Source: an uncultured Christensenella sp.
GTDB lineage: Bacteria; Bacillota; Clostridia; Christensenellales; Aristaeellaceae
Length of the DNA: 58,157 nt
Assembly: GCA_964480995.1 (NCBI GenBank)
Contig: CAYZRZ010000001.1
Span: 1 to 58,157 of the forward strand
Direction: 5' to 3'
The notes under the pieces: model-generated
The model's input: only the letters and a program-made list of their open reading frames with translations
What the model was told of the DNA's origin: nothing
Database searches by the model: none
Position numbers and translations under genes: made by a program
Shown: positions 45,244 through 54,113 of the stretch, one piece after another
Layout: each line of letters opens with the position of its first letter
How positions within the stretch are numbered: position 1 is the first letter of the stretch

Positions 45244-46422
45244 ATGAGAAGCACGATCACGGTCATCGATTTTGGCACGAGCAAAGTCGTCGCGCTTGTT
45301 GCCGAAGTAACAGGCCGTCAGCGCACAGACATCATAGGCGCGGGAATAGCAAGCTATGACGGTTTTGCAGACGCCAGATGGAACAACCCTGATTTGGTGA
45401 ATGATACTATCGCCCAGGCTGTCAGGACTGCTGAGGAACAGGCGCGCACTAATACACGCGAGGTGTTTGTCGGGGTCCCCGGCCAGTTTTCCCGGATATA
45501 TACGGTAGAGGTGAAACTGGACCTGCAGGGCGCTGATCCGCATGTGACTTCCCGTGATATTGAAACGCTTTTCGCGCTGGCCAACGAGGAAGTGCGGGAA
45601 GTAAGGGGAACGCCTATCCACCGCAGCCCAGCCTGGTTTGTGATTGATGACGGCAAGAAAACATTGGAACCTTTGAATCGCCACGGCAACGAGCTGCGCG
45701 CGATGATTTCCTACGTGATTGCCGATCAGTTTTTTATTGACGATGTGTCTGAGCGCCTTCGGGCGATTGGCAAGAGCGCCAGCGGTTTTTTCTCAACCCC
45801 GATGGGTGAGGCAATGCTCTACATCTCCGATGAAGAGCGTGACCGCACGGCTCTGCTGATCGATACCGGCTATCTGGCGACTGAGGTCATGGCTGTTGAA
45901 GGCGATACCATCATCTTCCATAAAAATATCCCGCTTGGCGGAGGACATATCACCGCCGATTTGACCTATGGGTTGGATATTCCGCTGGACCAGGCAGAGC
46001 AGATCAAGCGATCCTATATTTTCGGCGCTCCTGCCTCACAGCCTTCTTTTGATATACTGGGGACTGACGGCAGAACGCGAACCTTTGCCTATCATAAGGT
46101 TTCTGAAATTCTTGACGCGAGAGCGGAGGAAATCTGCGATGAGATCGCCTCCTGTGTCAAGGAATCCGGAGTGCGGCTGGGTAACTGGTCGGTCGTCTAT
46201 CTGACAGGAGGCGGTCTGGCCATCAACCGCGGCGGGCGCGAGTTTTTAAGCGAACGGCTGGGCCGGCCGGTACGTGACCTGCCCCGCAAGGCAGTGAAGC
46301 TTTCAAGCCCTATTTATTCAAGCGCGCTGGGATTGCTTGATTTGATCATTGACACCAAAACCGGCGCAGGTGCTGCCCAGGGCGGCATTGGCGCTTTCTT
46401 CCGCAATCTGTTCGGCGGCTGA
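45244..46422 (+). CDS. ftsA: Cell division protein FtsA
   Basis: ITVIDFGTSKVVALVAEV, the actin-like fold and a C-terminal amphipathic segment GAFFRNLFGG. ATG 45244 is chosen over the upstream ORF-track start. Confidence 0.9.
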   Translation: MRSTITVIDFGTSKVVALVAEVTGRQRTDIIGAGIASYDGFADARWNNPDLVNDTIAQAVRTAEEQARTNTREVFVGVPGQFSRIYTVEVKLDLQGADPHVTSRDIETLFALANEEVREVRGTPIHRSPAWFVIDDGKKTLEPLNRHGNELRAMISYVIADQFFIDDVSERLRAIGKSASGFFSTPMGEAMLYISDEERDRTALLIDTGYLATEVMAVEGDTIIFHKNIPLGGGHITADLTYGLDIPLDQAEQIKRSYIFGAPASQPSFDILGTDGRTRTFAYHKVSEILDARAEEICDEIASCVKESGVRLGNWSVVYLTGGGLAINRGGREFLSERLGRPVRDLPRKAVKLSSPIYSSALGLLDLIIDTKTGAGAAQGGIGAFFRNLFGG

Positions 46423-46455
46423 TACTATCTGAGTTCCACATGAGGAGGATAAACC

Positions 46456-47847
46456 ATGCTTGAATTGCAGCAGGTTGATCAAGAGCAAACCAAAGATTCT
46501 TTTGCGACGATCAAAGTAGTCGGATGCGGCGGCGGCGGTACCAATGCCGTGAACCGCATGGTCGAGGCCAAACTGAAGGGCGTCGACTTTATTGCTGTGA
46601 ATACGGACAGCCAGGCGCTTACCGCTTCGCATGCGGATCACACCCTGCAGATCGGTGAAAAGCTGACCAAAGGGCTGGGTGCGGGTGCTGTGCCAGAAAT
46701 CGGCAAGCGCGCCGCTGAGGAAAGCCGCGAGGAGCTCGCTCAATTGCTGAAGGGAGCCGACCTTGTCTTTATCACAGCCGGTATGGGCGGCGGCACAGGC
46801 ACCGGCGCTGCGCCTGTTTTGGCTGATATCGCAAGAGAATTAGGCTGTCTCACCATCGCCGTTGTCACCAAGCCCTTTCAGTTTGAGGGCAAGCAGCGCA
46901 TGCGCAACGCGGAGATGGGTATCAATGAGCTGAAGCAGTATGTGGATACACTGGTGGTCATTCCCAATGACCGTCTCCTTCAGGTGGTTAGCAAAGGCAC
47001 TTCCATGCTGGAAGCTTTCCGTGTTGCTGACGATGTGCTCCGCCAGGGCATTCAGGGCATCTCTGACCTGATCGCTCTGCCCGCCACCATCAACCTTGAC
47101 TTCGCGGATGTGAAGACCGTGATGGAATCAGGCGGAATGGCCCACATCGGCATCGGCAGCGCCAAGGGCGAAAACCGAATGGTACAGGCTGCAAAGAATG
47201 CCATTTCCAGCCCGCTGCTTGAGACCAAGATCGATGGCGCGCGCGCCGTTCTGATCAACATCACCGGCAGCGAGGATATGCCGATCCTTGATATCAACGA
47301 AGCAGCCCGCTTGATCCAGGAGGCCGCGGACAGTGAGGCCAACATCATATTCGGCGCGGGAGTCGATAACAGCCTGAAGGATGAGGTCCGTATTACTGTT
47401 ATTGCCACAGGTTTTGAGAAAACGGCGTTCCCTGTGCGCGATGCCAGGAAAAAGTCGCCTAAAACAGCTTCTTTGCCTTACGGCGCGGCGAGCGCTGCCT
47501 ATAACCCTTATGAAAACCGCAGCCCCGCGGAAGGGCCTTCGGCGCCGGCTGGTGTGCCCGGCTTTGAAGCGCCGCAGGTGCCTGCCATGTATGATCAGCA
47601 GGATACATCCTCGTTCTTCCCCACACCCGGCCGGCCCGGCAGCATACCGCAGATGAATATTCCCCTGCCTTACGCTCCGGCTTACCCTCAGCAGGGATAT
47701 GGAACAGGCTATATGCCCGGCCAGCAGCCTTTTGTGCAGCCGGCAAATCCTTATCAACCGCCGGTACAACAGCAGCCTCAAACCGCTCCCGCTCTTGAGA
47801 AGGATGATCTTGGCGTTCCCGCTTACCTGCGGAAGGCAAAAAAGTAA
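46456..47847 (+). CDS. ftsZ: Cell division protein FtsZ (long Pro/Gln/Tyr-rich linker)
   Basis: The tubulin signature [18 protein letters not shown] and the C-terminal peptide [20 protein letters not shown] lies upstream. Confidence 0.97.
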   Translation: MLELQQVDQEQTKDSFATIKVVGCGGGGTNAVNRMVEAKLKGVDFIAVNTDSQALTASHADHTLQIGEKLTKGLGAGAVPEIGKRAAEESREELAQLLKGADLVFITAGMGGGTGTGAAPVLADIARELGCLTIAVVTKPFQFEGKQRMRNAEMGINELKQYVDTLVVIPNDRLLQVVSKGTSMLEAFRVADDVLRQGIQGISDLIALPATINLDFADVKTVMESGGMAHIGIGSAKGENRMVQAAKNAISSPLLETKIDGARAVLINITGSEDMPILDINEAARLIQEAADSEANIIFGAGVDNSLKDEVRITVIATGFEKTAFPVRDARKKSPKTASLPYGAASAAYNPYENRSPAEGPSAPAGVPGFEAPQVPAMYDQQDTSSFFPTPGRPGSIPQMNIPLPYAPAYPQQGYGTGYMPGQQPFVQPANPYQPPVQQQPQTAPALEKDDLGVPAYLRKAKK

Positions 47848-47861
47848 TAGTCGGTTGATCA

Positions 47862-48027
47862 ATCCGGGAGAGACCGCAGGGTCATGCTATGACCCGGCCG
47901 CGGCGCCGAAGGGGACTGCAAAAACTCTCAGGCTACAAGACCGGATTGGGACGAAACTCTGGAAAGCAGCGATGCACCAAAGAAGCAACTCTGCCGGGCG
48001 GAGGAATCTTCAAGGTAAAAGAACAGA
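47862..48027 (+). promoter_or_regulatory. Tandem glycine riboswitch (two aptamers)
   Basis: Aptamer 1 (about 47862-47946) has GGGAGAG, CGCCGAAGGGG, CUCAGGCUACAAGACCGG and P1 ATCCGG/CCGGAT. Aptamer 2 (about 47957-48028) has CUCUGGAAAG, CACCAAAGAAGCAA, UCAAGGUAAAAGAACAGAG. It sits upstream of gcvT, the classic context. Confidence 0.85.
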
Positions 48028-48057
48028 GGCACGCAATGAAATTTGCGTGCCTTTTTT
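48025..48057 (+). terminator. Riboswitch expression-platform terminator
   Basis: GGCACGCAA (48028-48036) pairs with TTGCGTGCC (48043-48051), followed by TTTTTT. The 5' arm can extend into the 3' strand of aptamer-2 P1, consistent with a glycine ON switch. Confidence 0.8.
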
Positions 48058-48071
48058 GAAGGAGGACTACT

Positions 48072-49160
48072 ATGGAGAAAAAGACACCGCTGTATGACCT
48101 GCACCTGAAGCTGGGCGGAAAAATCGTACCTTTCGCGGGATATCTTCTGCCGGTACAGTATCCATCCGGTGTGATTGCCGAACATAATGCCGTACGCAAC
48201 GCATGCGGCCTGTTCGACGTATCGCACATGGGTGAAATTGTATTTGAGGGGCCGGATGCGCTGAATGCCCTGCAGGATCTGCTGGTCAACGATATGTCCG
48301 GCATGGAGATCGGACGCGTACGCTACAGCCCGATATGCAACCATGAAGGCGGGATCGTGGATGATCTTGTATGCTGCAGGATGGATCATAACCGCTATAT
48401 GCTGATCGTCAACGCAGCCAATAAGGATAAGGATTATCAATGGTTCTCCAAGCATAAAAAGGGCGACACGGCTGTGCTCGATCTGTCTGAAGAGTATGCG
48501 CAGCTGGCACTGCAAGGCCCTCGCGCCAGAGCTATCCTCTCCAAGCTGGCAGATGCGGAACAGCTGCCGGAAAAATACTATACATTCAAGCAAGATATTG
48601 AAGTGGCCGGCATTTCCTGCCTCGTGTCACGCACCGGCTACACGGGCGAGCTTGGATATGAGCTGTATTGCAAGCCGGAGCAAGCTGTATCCCTTGCTGA
48701 GGCTTTGCTTGAGGCTGGGAAGGATGAAGGACTGATCCCCTGCGGGTTAGGCGCCAGGGATACCTTGCGTCTGGAAGCGGGCATGCCGCTGTACGGGCAC
48801 GAGATGACGGATGATATCACGCCGCTCGAGGCCGGCCTTTCTTTCTTTGTGAAGCTGGATAAGCCGCATTTTATCGGCAAGGAAGCTTTGATCAAAAAAG
48901 GTGCCCCAAAGCGTACGCGCGTTGGCCTGGAAATGGTTGACAGAGGCATTGCCCGTGAGCACTGTCCTGTTTATATGGATGGCGTGCTGATCGGGGAAAC
49001 CACCAGCGGCACCATGGCGCCTTATCTTGGAAAAGCGATCGCCATGGCGCTGATTGACGCGTCCAAGGCAGATCCGCAAGCCGTATACGAAGTGGATGTC
49101 AGAGGCAGAATGCTGAAAGCGAAGACAACAGAGCTGCCGTTTTACAAGAGGAGCAAATGA
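48072..49160 (+). CDS. gcvT: Glycine cleavage system aminomethyltransferase T
   Basis: TPLYDLH...FAGYLLPVQY...GLFDVSHMGE and RTGYTGELGYE. Confidence 0.95.
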   Translation: MEKKTPLYDLHLKLGGKIVPFAGYLLPVQYPSGVIAEHNAVRNACGLFDVSHMGEIVFEGPDALNALQDLLVNDMSGMEIGRVRYSPICNHEGGIVDDLVCCRMDHNRYMLIVNAANKDKDYQWFSKHKKGDTAVLDLSEEYAQLALQGPRARAILSKLADAEQLPEKYYTFKQDIEVAGISCLVSRTGYTGELGYELYCKPEQAVSLAEALLEAGKDEGLIPCGLGARDTLRLEAGMPLYGHEMTDDITPLEAGLSFFVKLDKPHFIGKEALIKKGAPKRTRVGLEMVDRGIAREHCPVYMDGVLIGETTSGTMAPYLGKAIAMALIDASKADPQAVYEVDVRGRMLKAKTTELPFYKRSK

Positions 49161-49200
49161 TCAGCGGAGCTGATACATATATTTTGAGGAGGACGGACAC

Positions 49201-49575
49201 ATGAGTTTCCCTAATGATTTACGCTATACCAGGACCCATGAGTGGGTGAAGACAGAAGGGGACAGCCTGTTGATCGGGCTGACCGATTTCGCGCAAAAGG
49301 AGCTTGGCGACATCGTTTTTATCAACGTTCCTTTTGTGGGAGATGGCGTTACAGCCGGTGTATCCTTTGCGGATGTTGAATCTGTCAAGGCGGTCAGCGA
49401 AGTGATCAGCCCTGTGAGCGGCAAGGTGGCGGAAGTCAATGAAGCGCTGGTTGACGCGCCGGAGACCATTAATGAAAAGCCCTATGAAGCCTGGATCATC
49501 CGCGTGGATGAAGTGACTGAGACAGAAGAACTGCTCAGCGCGCAGGAATACGAGGATTTAGTGAAGGAGGGCTGA
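49201..49575 (+). CDS. gcvH: Glycine cleavage system protein H
   Basis: YTRTHEWV and the lipoyl-lysine motif VESVKAVSEV. Confidence 0.95.
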   Translation: MSFPNDLRYTRTHEWVKTEGDSLLIGLTDFAQKELGDIVFINVPFVGDGVTAGVSFADVESVKAVSEVISPVSGKVAEVNEALVDAPETINEKPYEAWIIRVDEVTETEELLSAQEYEDLVKEG

Positions 49576-49577
49576 GC

Positions 49578-50897
49578 ATGGGAAGCTATCTCCCGTCAAC
49601 AAGCAAGGAGCGGGAAGCGATGCTGAAGGCCATCGGTCTGGATCAGATCGATGACTTGTATCAGGATGTCCCCGCAAGCGTGCTGCTGAAGAAACCTTTG
49701 AATATCCCGCAAGGCTTGTCTGAATTGGAAGTGCGGGCCAGGATGAAAGGCATGGCGGCTAAGAATATTGCCTTTGATACCGTACTGCGCGGCGCAGGCG
49801 CCTATGACCACTATATCCCCGCGATCGTTTCAAGCATCACCTCCAAAGAGGAGTTCAGCACAACGTATACGCCCTATCAGGCAGAGATCAGCCAGGGTGT
49901 TTTGCAGAGCATCTTTGAATTTCAGACGATGATCTGTGAGATCACCGGCATGGATGTCAGCAATGCCTCGATGTATGATGGCGCGTCATCCGCCGCGGAA
50001 GGCGCGATGATGTGCCTTGACCGAAAGCGCGATAGAGTACTGATATCTGCCGGCGTTCATCCCGAGACCATTGAGACAGTCCGTACCTATTGCTGGGGAC
50101 GAGGCGTTGAGATGAAGCTGATCCCTATGAAGTCAGGCTTAACGGATCAGGTTGCTCTCAAAGAAATGCTGGATGATAAAACGGCCTGTGTACTGATTCA
50201 GCAGCCAAATTTTCTGGGGCAGATCGAGGAAGCGGCCGCAATCAACCTGATGACTCATCAGGCAGGCGCAAAAGCCGTCATGGCTGTTTATCCAACTTCA
50301 TTGGGATTGCTTGACACGCCTGCGGCGCAGGGTGCTGATATCGTAACGGGTGAAGGACAGCCTTTGGGTATGCCTCTCAATTACGGCGGCCCCTATCTTG
50401 GCTTCCTGGCATGCAAAAAGGAGCTGACCCGCCTTTTGCCCGGCCGAATTGTTGGTCAGACAAAGGATGCTCAGGGCAGGCGCGCCTTTGTATTGACCCT
50501 GCAAGCCCGCGAACAGCATATCCGCAGGGAAAAGGCGAGCAGCAATGTTTGTTCCAACCAGGCGCTATGCGCCATGACAGCGTCTGTATACATGGCCGCG
50601 CTGGGTCCGCAGGGCTTTATGCAGGCTGCGGAGCTTTGTTACCACAAGGCGCATTATTTTGCCTCTGAGATGGAAAAGATACCGGGGTTTGATCTGGTCT
50701 ATCGAGGAGACTTTTTCAATGAGTTTGTTACAGCTTGTCCCATTGATGCCAAGAAGCTTGAAAATGCATTGATGCAGCGCGGCATATTAAGCGGGCTTCC
50801 CATAGAAGAAGGCATGCTGTGGTGCGTGACCGAAAAGCACAGCAAGCAAACGCTTGATGCTGTGATCAAGGCAATCAAGGAGGTGTGCGCTCGATGA
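49578..50897 (+). CDS. gcvPA: Glycine dehydrogenase (decarboxylating) subunit 1
   Basis: YTPYQAEISQGVLQSIFEFQTMI and the split P-protein N-terminal half. Confidence 0.95.
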   Translation: MGSYLPSTSKEREAMLKAIGLDQIDDLYQDVPASVLLKKPLNIPQGLSELEVRARMKGMAAKNIAFDTVLRGAGAYDHYIPAIVSSITSKEEFSTTYTPYQAEISQGVLQSIFEFQTMICEITGMDVSNASMYDGASSAAEGAMMCLDRKRDRVLISAGVHPETIETVRTYCWGRGVEMKLIPMKSGLTDQVALKEMLDDKTACVLIQQPNFLGQIEEAAAINLMTHQAGAKAVMAVYPTSLGLLDTPAAQGADIVTGEGQPLGMPLNYGGPYLGFLACKKELTRLLPGRIVGQTKDAQGRRAFVLTLQAREQHIRREKASSNVCSNQALCAMTASVYMAALGPQGFMQAAELCYHKAHYFASEMEKIPGFDLVYRGDFFNEFVTACPIDAKKLENALMQRGILSGLPIEEGMLWCVTEKHSKQTLDAVIKAIKEVCAR

Positions 50898-52309
50898 AAC
50901 TGATTTTTGAAATCGGAGCGGAAGGCCGCAGAATGAACTACCTCCCCGAATGTGATGTGCCCAAAGCAGAACTGCCCTCGTCTCCGCTTCGCAAAGATGC
51001 CCCTAAGCTGCCCGAACTGACGGAGGTGGAACTGTCGCGTCATTACACAAGACTCGCCAAACAGGCGTTTGGCGTAAACAGCGGTTTCTATCCACTGGGT
51101 TCCTGCACGATGAAATATAACCCGCGAATCAATGAGCTATCTTCAGGCGATCCAAACTTCCAGGGAATCCACCCGCTGCAGCCCCGTGACAGCGCAAAAG
51201 GGTGCAGGGACGCGTTGGAACTTGCCCAGACGCTGCTGTGCGAGATTACGGGCATGGATGCCATGACTTTTCAGCCGGCAGCAGGAGCGCACGGCGAATA
51301 CACAGGGTTGCTCTTGATTAAGAGATATCACGATTTGCGCGGCGATACCAAGCGCAGCAAGATCATTGTGCCCGATTCGGCACATGGCACGAATCCCGCA
51401 AGCGCGGCGATGGTAGGATACAGCGTGATTAACATTCCCTCCAACGCGCAGGGCTGTGTGGATATGGAGGCGTTGAAAGCCGCCTGCGGCGATGATGTCG
51501 CCGGCCTGATGCTGACGAACCCCAACACGCTGGGCCTGTTCGACCCCAATATCCTGGAAATCACGCGTCTTGTGCATGATTGCGGAGGCTTGTGCTACTA
51601 TGACGGCGCAAACCTGAACCCCATCATGGGCAAGGTGAGGCCGGGAGACATGGGGTTTGATGTGGTGCACCTGAACCTGCACAAGACCTTCTCCACCCCG
51701 CATGGCGGAGGCGGCCCGGGCTCAGGCCCTGTTGGCTGCAAGGACATACTGAAACCCTATTTGCCTGACTCTCTGATGGGCGAGGGAAGAAAACCTGAAA
51801 GCATCGGACAGGTTCGCTCATTCTACGGCAACTTTGGTATTGTCATGAGGGCGCTGACCTACATTCTGACGCTTGGGGCGGATGGCATCCGGGATTCCGC
51901 TGAAACGGCAGTGCTCAACGCCAACTATCTGATGCATCAGGTAAAGCAGTATTTCCCGGTGGCGTACGACCATTCCTGCATGCATGAATTTGTCTTGACG
52001 CTTGAAAGCGTCAAGCGTGAGCATCATGTGTCGGCTTTGGATGTCGCCAAGGGGCTGATAGACTTTGGCATGCATCCGCCGACCATGTACTTTCCCCTCA
52101 TTGTTCACGAAGCGCTGATGCTGGAGCCGACTGAGACGGAAAGCCGCGAGAGCCTTGACGAGGCGGCCATGTCTTTCAAGGCCATCCGGGAGAAGATAGA
52201 AGCAGACCCCGAGAGCCTGCATCAAGCGCCGCAGACCACCCCCATCGGCAGGCCCGATGAAGTGACAGCTGCCAGAAACCCGATTCTGCGGTACATGCCC
52301 GAGACATAA
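50894..52309 (+). CDS. gcvPB: Glycine dehydrogenase (decarboxylating) subunit 2
   Basis: YPLGSCTMKYNP and the PLP-lysine region NLHKTFSTPHGGGGPG. ATG 50894 overlaps the gcvPA stop (ATGA) and is 10 nt after AAGGAGG. Confidence 0.95.
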   Translation: MKLIFEIGAEGRRMNYLPECDVPKAELPSSPLRKDAPKLPELTEVELSRHYTRLAKQAFGVNSGFYPLGSCTMKYNPRINELSSGDPNFQGIHPLQPRDSAKGCRDALELAQTLLCEITGMDAMTFQPAAGAHGEYTGLLLIKRYHDLRGDTKRSKIIVPDSAHGTNPASAAMVGYSVINIPSNAQGCVDMEALKAACGDDVAGLMLTNPNTLGLFDPNILEITRLVHDCGGLCYYDGANLNPIMGKVRPGDMGFDVVHLNLHKTFSTPHGGGGPGSGPVGCKDILKPYLPDSLMGEGRKPESIGQVRSFYGNFGIVMRALTYILTLGADGIRDSAETAVLNANYLMHQVKQYFPVAYDHSCMHEFVLTLESVKREHHVSALDVAKGLIDFGMHPPTMYFPLIVHEALMLEPTETESRESLDEAAMSFKAIREKIEADPESLHQAPQTTPIGRPDEVTAARNPILRYMPET

Positions 52310-52321
52310 TCAAAATCATCA

Positions 52322-52356
52322 AAAAGGCAGTCATCCCATTGAGATGGCTGCTTTTT
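52322..52356. terminator. Bidirectional terminator between convergent gcvPB and pgi
   Basis: GCAGTCATC (52327-52335) pairs with GATGGCTGC (52343-52351), with one G-U pair. AAAAA lies on the left and TTTTT on the right. Confidence 0.7.
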
Positions 52357-52366
52357 GATGCGAAGC

Positions 52367-53800
52367 TTACAGGATATACTCGGCCTTTGAGGCGGGCGCT
52401 GTGGCCATCTCCGCTTGCTTGTGCCTGAACTTTTCACCGGTATTGCCAAGCACGGCATAGGAAGCGATTTTTGATTCCTCAACGCCGGGCTGGTTGAACG
52501 CGTCGATATCCAGCAGCTCGCCCGCGTACGCGGTGACCAGCTCGAAGAAGTAGATCAGTTGTCCGACCGTATGCGCGTTGACCTCCGGCAGCGTAATTGT
52601 CTGGCTCATGCGCTTTGACTTCAGCAGGGCATATTCCGTCCCCAGGCGTTCAGCCTCGATCAGCTCATTGTGGCTTTTGCCGCCCAGAAAGGCAACGTCC
52701 GAAAATTCCTCGCACCCGTGAGGGATCATTGTGATCGTACGGAAGTTTTCTACCTTTAAAAAGGTAATCACCTTGTCGTAAGGGCCTTCAGTGTAGAGCT
52801 GCAGCTGGCTGTGCTGGTCGGTTACGCCCAGGGATTTTACAGGCGTCTGGCCGACATTGACGGGTTCGCCCATTCGGGTTGCATTCTTGCCCAGGCTTTC
52901 AGCCCACAGCTGGCAGAACCAGTCGGCCATATACTTGAGACTGTCAGCGTAGGGCATCATAACGTGCACGTTGATGCCTCGCTGCTCCATCAGGATATAT
53001 TGGATGGCAGCCTCAAGCAGGGCGGGATTCTTCCACATATCTTCGGCCGCGCAGTGCGCATCCATAGCAGCCGCGCCGGATAAGAGGGCCTTGATGTCGA
53101 TCCCGCACACGGCGGCGGCCAGCAGCCCTACCGGGCTCAGCTCGCTGAAACGGCCGCCGACGGAACCAGGAATATAAAATAACTTGAAGCCTTCTTTTTG
53201 CGCCAGTTGGATCAGATTGCCCTTTTCCTGATCGGTGGTGGCAATGATATGCTGTTGCCAGCCTTTGCCGACATGTGCCTTCAAAGCTTCCGAGATGATC
53301 AGGTACTGGCTCATGGTTTCCGCTGTCGCGCCTGATTTTGTGATGATGTTAAAGCAGGCGGTTTTCAGGTCGATCACGTCAAGCAAACTCTTCATGCGCT
53401 CCGGATCGATGTTATCCTCCACAAAAAAGCGGGGGCCATTGCGCTGATCATCACTCAGGTCATTGTAGTGAAGATGGTTGAGCGCCTGTTGTACAGCAAT
53501 GGGGCCCAACGCGCTGCCCCCGATCCCCAGAACGACAAAGGTCTTAAAGTCTCTGCGAACAGTGTCAGCGGTGGCCAGGATATCAGTGACGATTTTATCC
53601 TGGTTGTAGGGCAGTTCTGTCCAGCCAAGCCAGCCGGTTCCCCGGTTTTCCTTCACTGCATTAAAAGCGGCGGCGGCGCGGGGGGATAAGGCCTGCAATT
53701 CCTCTCTGGTCAGGCCGTATAGATCGCCCAGCATATCGCTCATCAGGCGGTTGACATCAAGTTTAATCAGCGGATTCGAGCCGGAAATTGAATTGAGCAT
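52367..53800 (-). CDS. pgi: Glucose-6-phosphate isomerase
   Basis: VVLGIGGSALGP and SKSGATAET are PGI motifs. ATG at 53800 is 8 nt after GGAGG; the ORF-track start at 53857 is an extension. Confidence 0.93.
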   Translation of the reverse strand: MLNSISGSNPLIKLDVNRLMSDMLGDLYGLTREELQALSPRAAAAFNAVKENRGTGWLGWTELPYNQDKIVTDILATADTVRRDFKTFVVLGIGGSALGPIAVQQALNHLHYNDLSDDQRNGPRFFVEDNIDPERMKSLLDVIDLKTACFNIITKSGATAETMSQYLIISEALKAHVGKGWQQHIIATTDQEKGNLIQLAQKEGFKLFYIPGSVGGRFSELSPVGLLAAAVCGIDIKALLSGAAAMDAHCAAEDMWKNPALLEAAIQYILMEQRGINVHVMMPYADSLKYMADWFCQLWAESLGKNATRMGEPVNVGQTPVKSLGVTDQHSQLQLYTEGPYDKVITFLKVENFRTITMIPHGCEEFSDVAFLGGKSHNELIEAERLGTEYALLKSKRMSQTITLPEVNAHTVGQLIYFFELVTAYAGELLDIDAFNQPGVEESKIASYAVLGNTGEKFRHKQAEMATAPASKAEYIL

Positions 53801-53850
53801 CTCTCTTGCCTCCTTTTGTTCCGGATAAATTATATCACAGAGCCATGCCA

Positions 53851-53880
53851 TTGACAAAGCAATCCATATGCTTTTATAAT
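53851..53880 (+). promoter_or_regulatory. Putative sigma-A promoter of the hisS-aspS leader
   Basis: TTGACA at 53851-53856 and TATAAT at 53875-53880 with an 18-nt spacer. Confidence 0.55.
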
Positions 53881-53887
53881 ATCAAAA

Positions 53888-54100
53888 CGGCTGTGATGGG
53901 AAGATGATGCGTCGGCTGTCTTAAGAGAAGGAGACCTTGGCTGAAAGTCTCCCGGCAGTTTAACATCGGGACACCCCTGAGCCTCCGGCGAGATCCGGCG
54001 TTGGCCCGCGTTATGGGCACAGAGCGGCACATATCTGTGCAAGCTGGGTGGCACCGCGAGCAACTCGTCCCATGCATGAACATGCGTGGGTTTGTTTTTT
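53888..54100 (+). promoter_or_regulatory. T-box leader (tRNA-sensing riboswitch) with terminator
   Basis: Stem I elements: AGAGA bulge (53923-53927) and distal hairpin GGAGAC/GUCUCC (53930-53935/53947-53952). The T-box sequence is GGGUGGCACCGCG (54046-54058). The terminator is CCCAUGCAUG/CAUGCGUGGG (54069-54090), followed by UUUGUUUUUU. Confidence 0.85.
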
Positions 54101-54113
54101 AAGAGGGGTAGCT

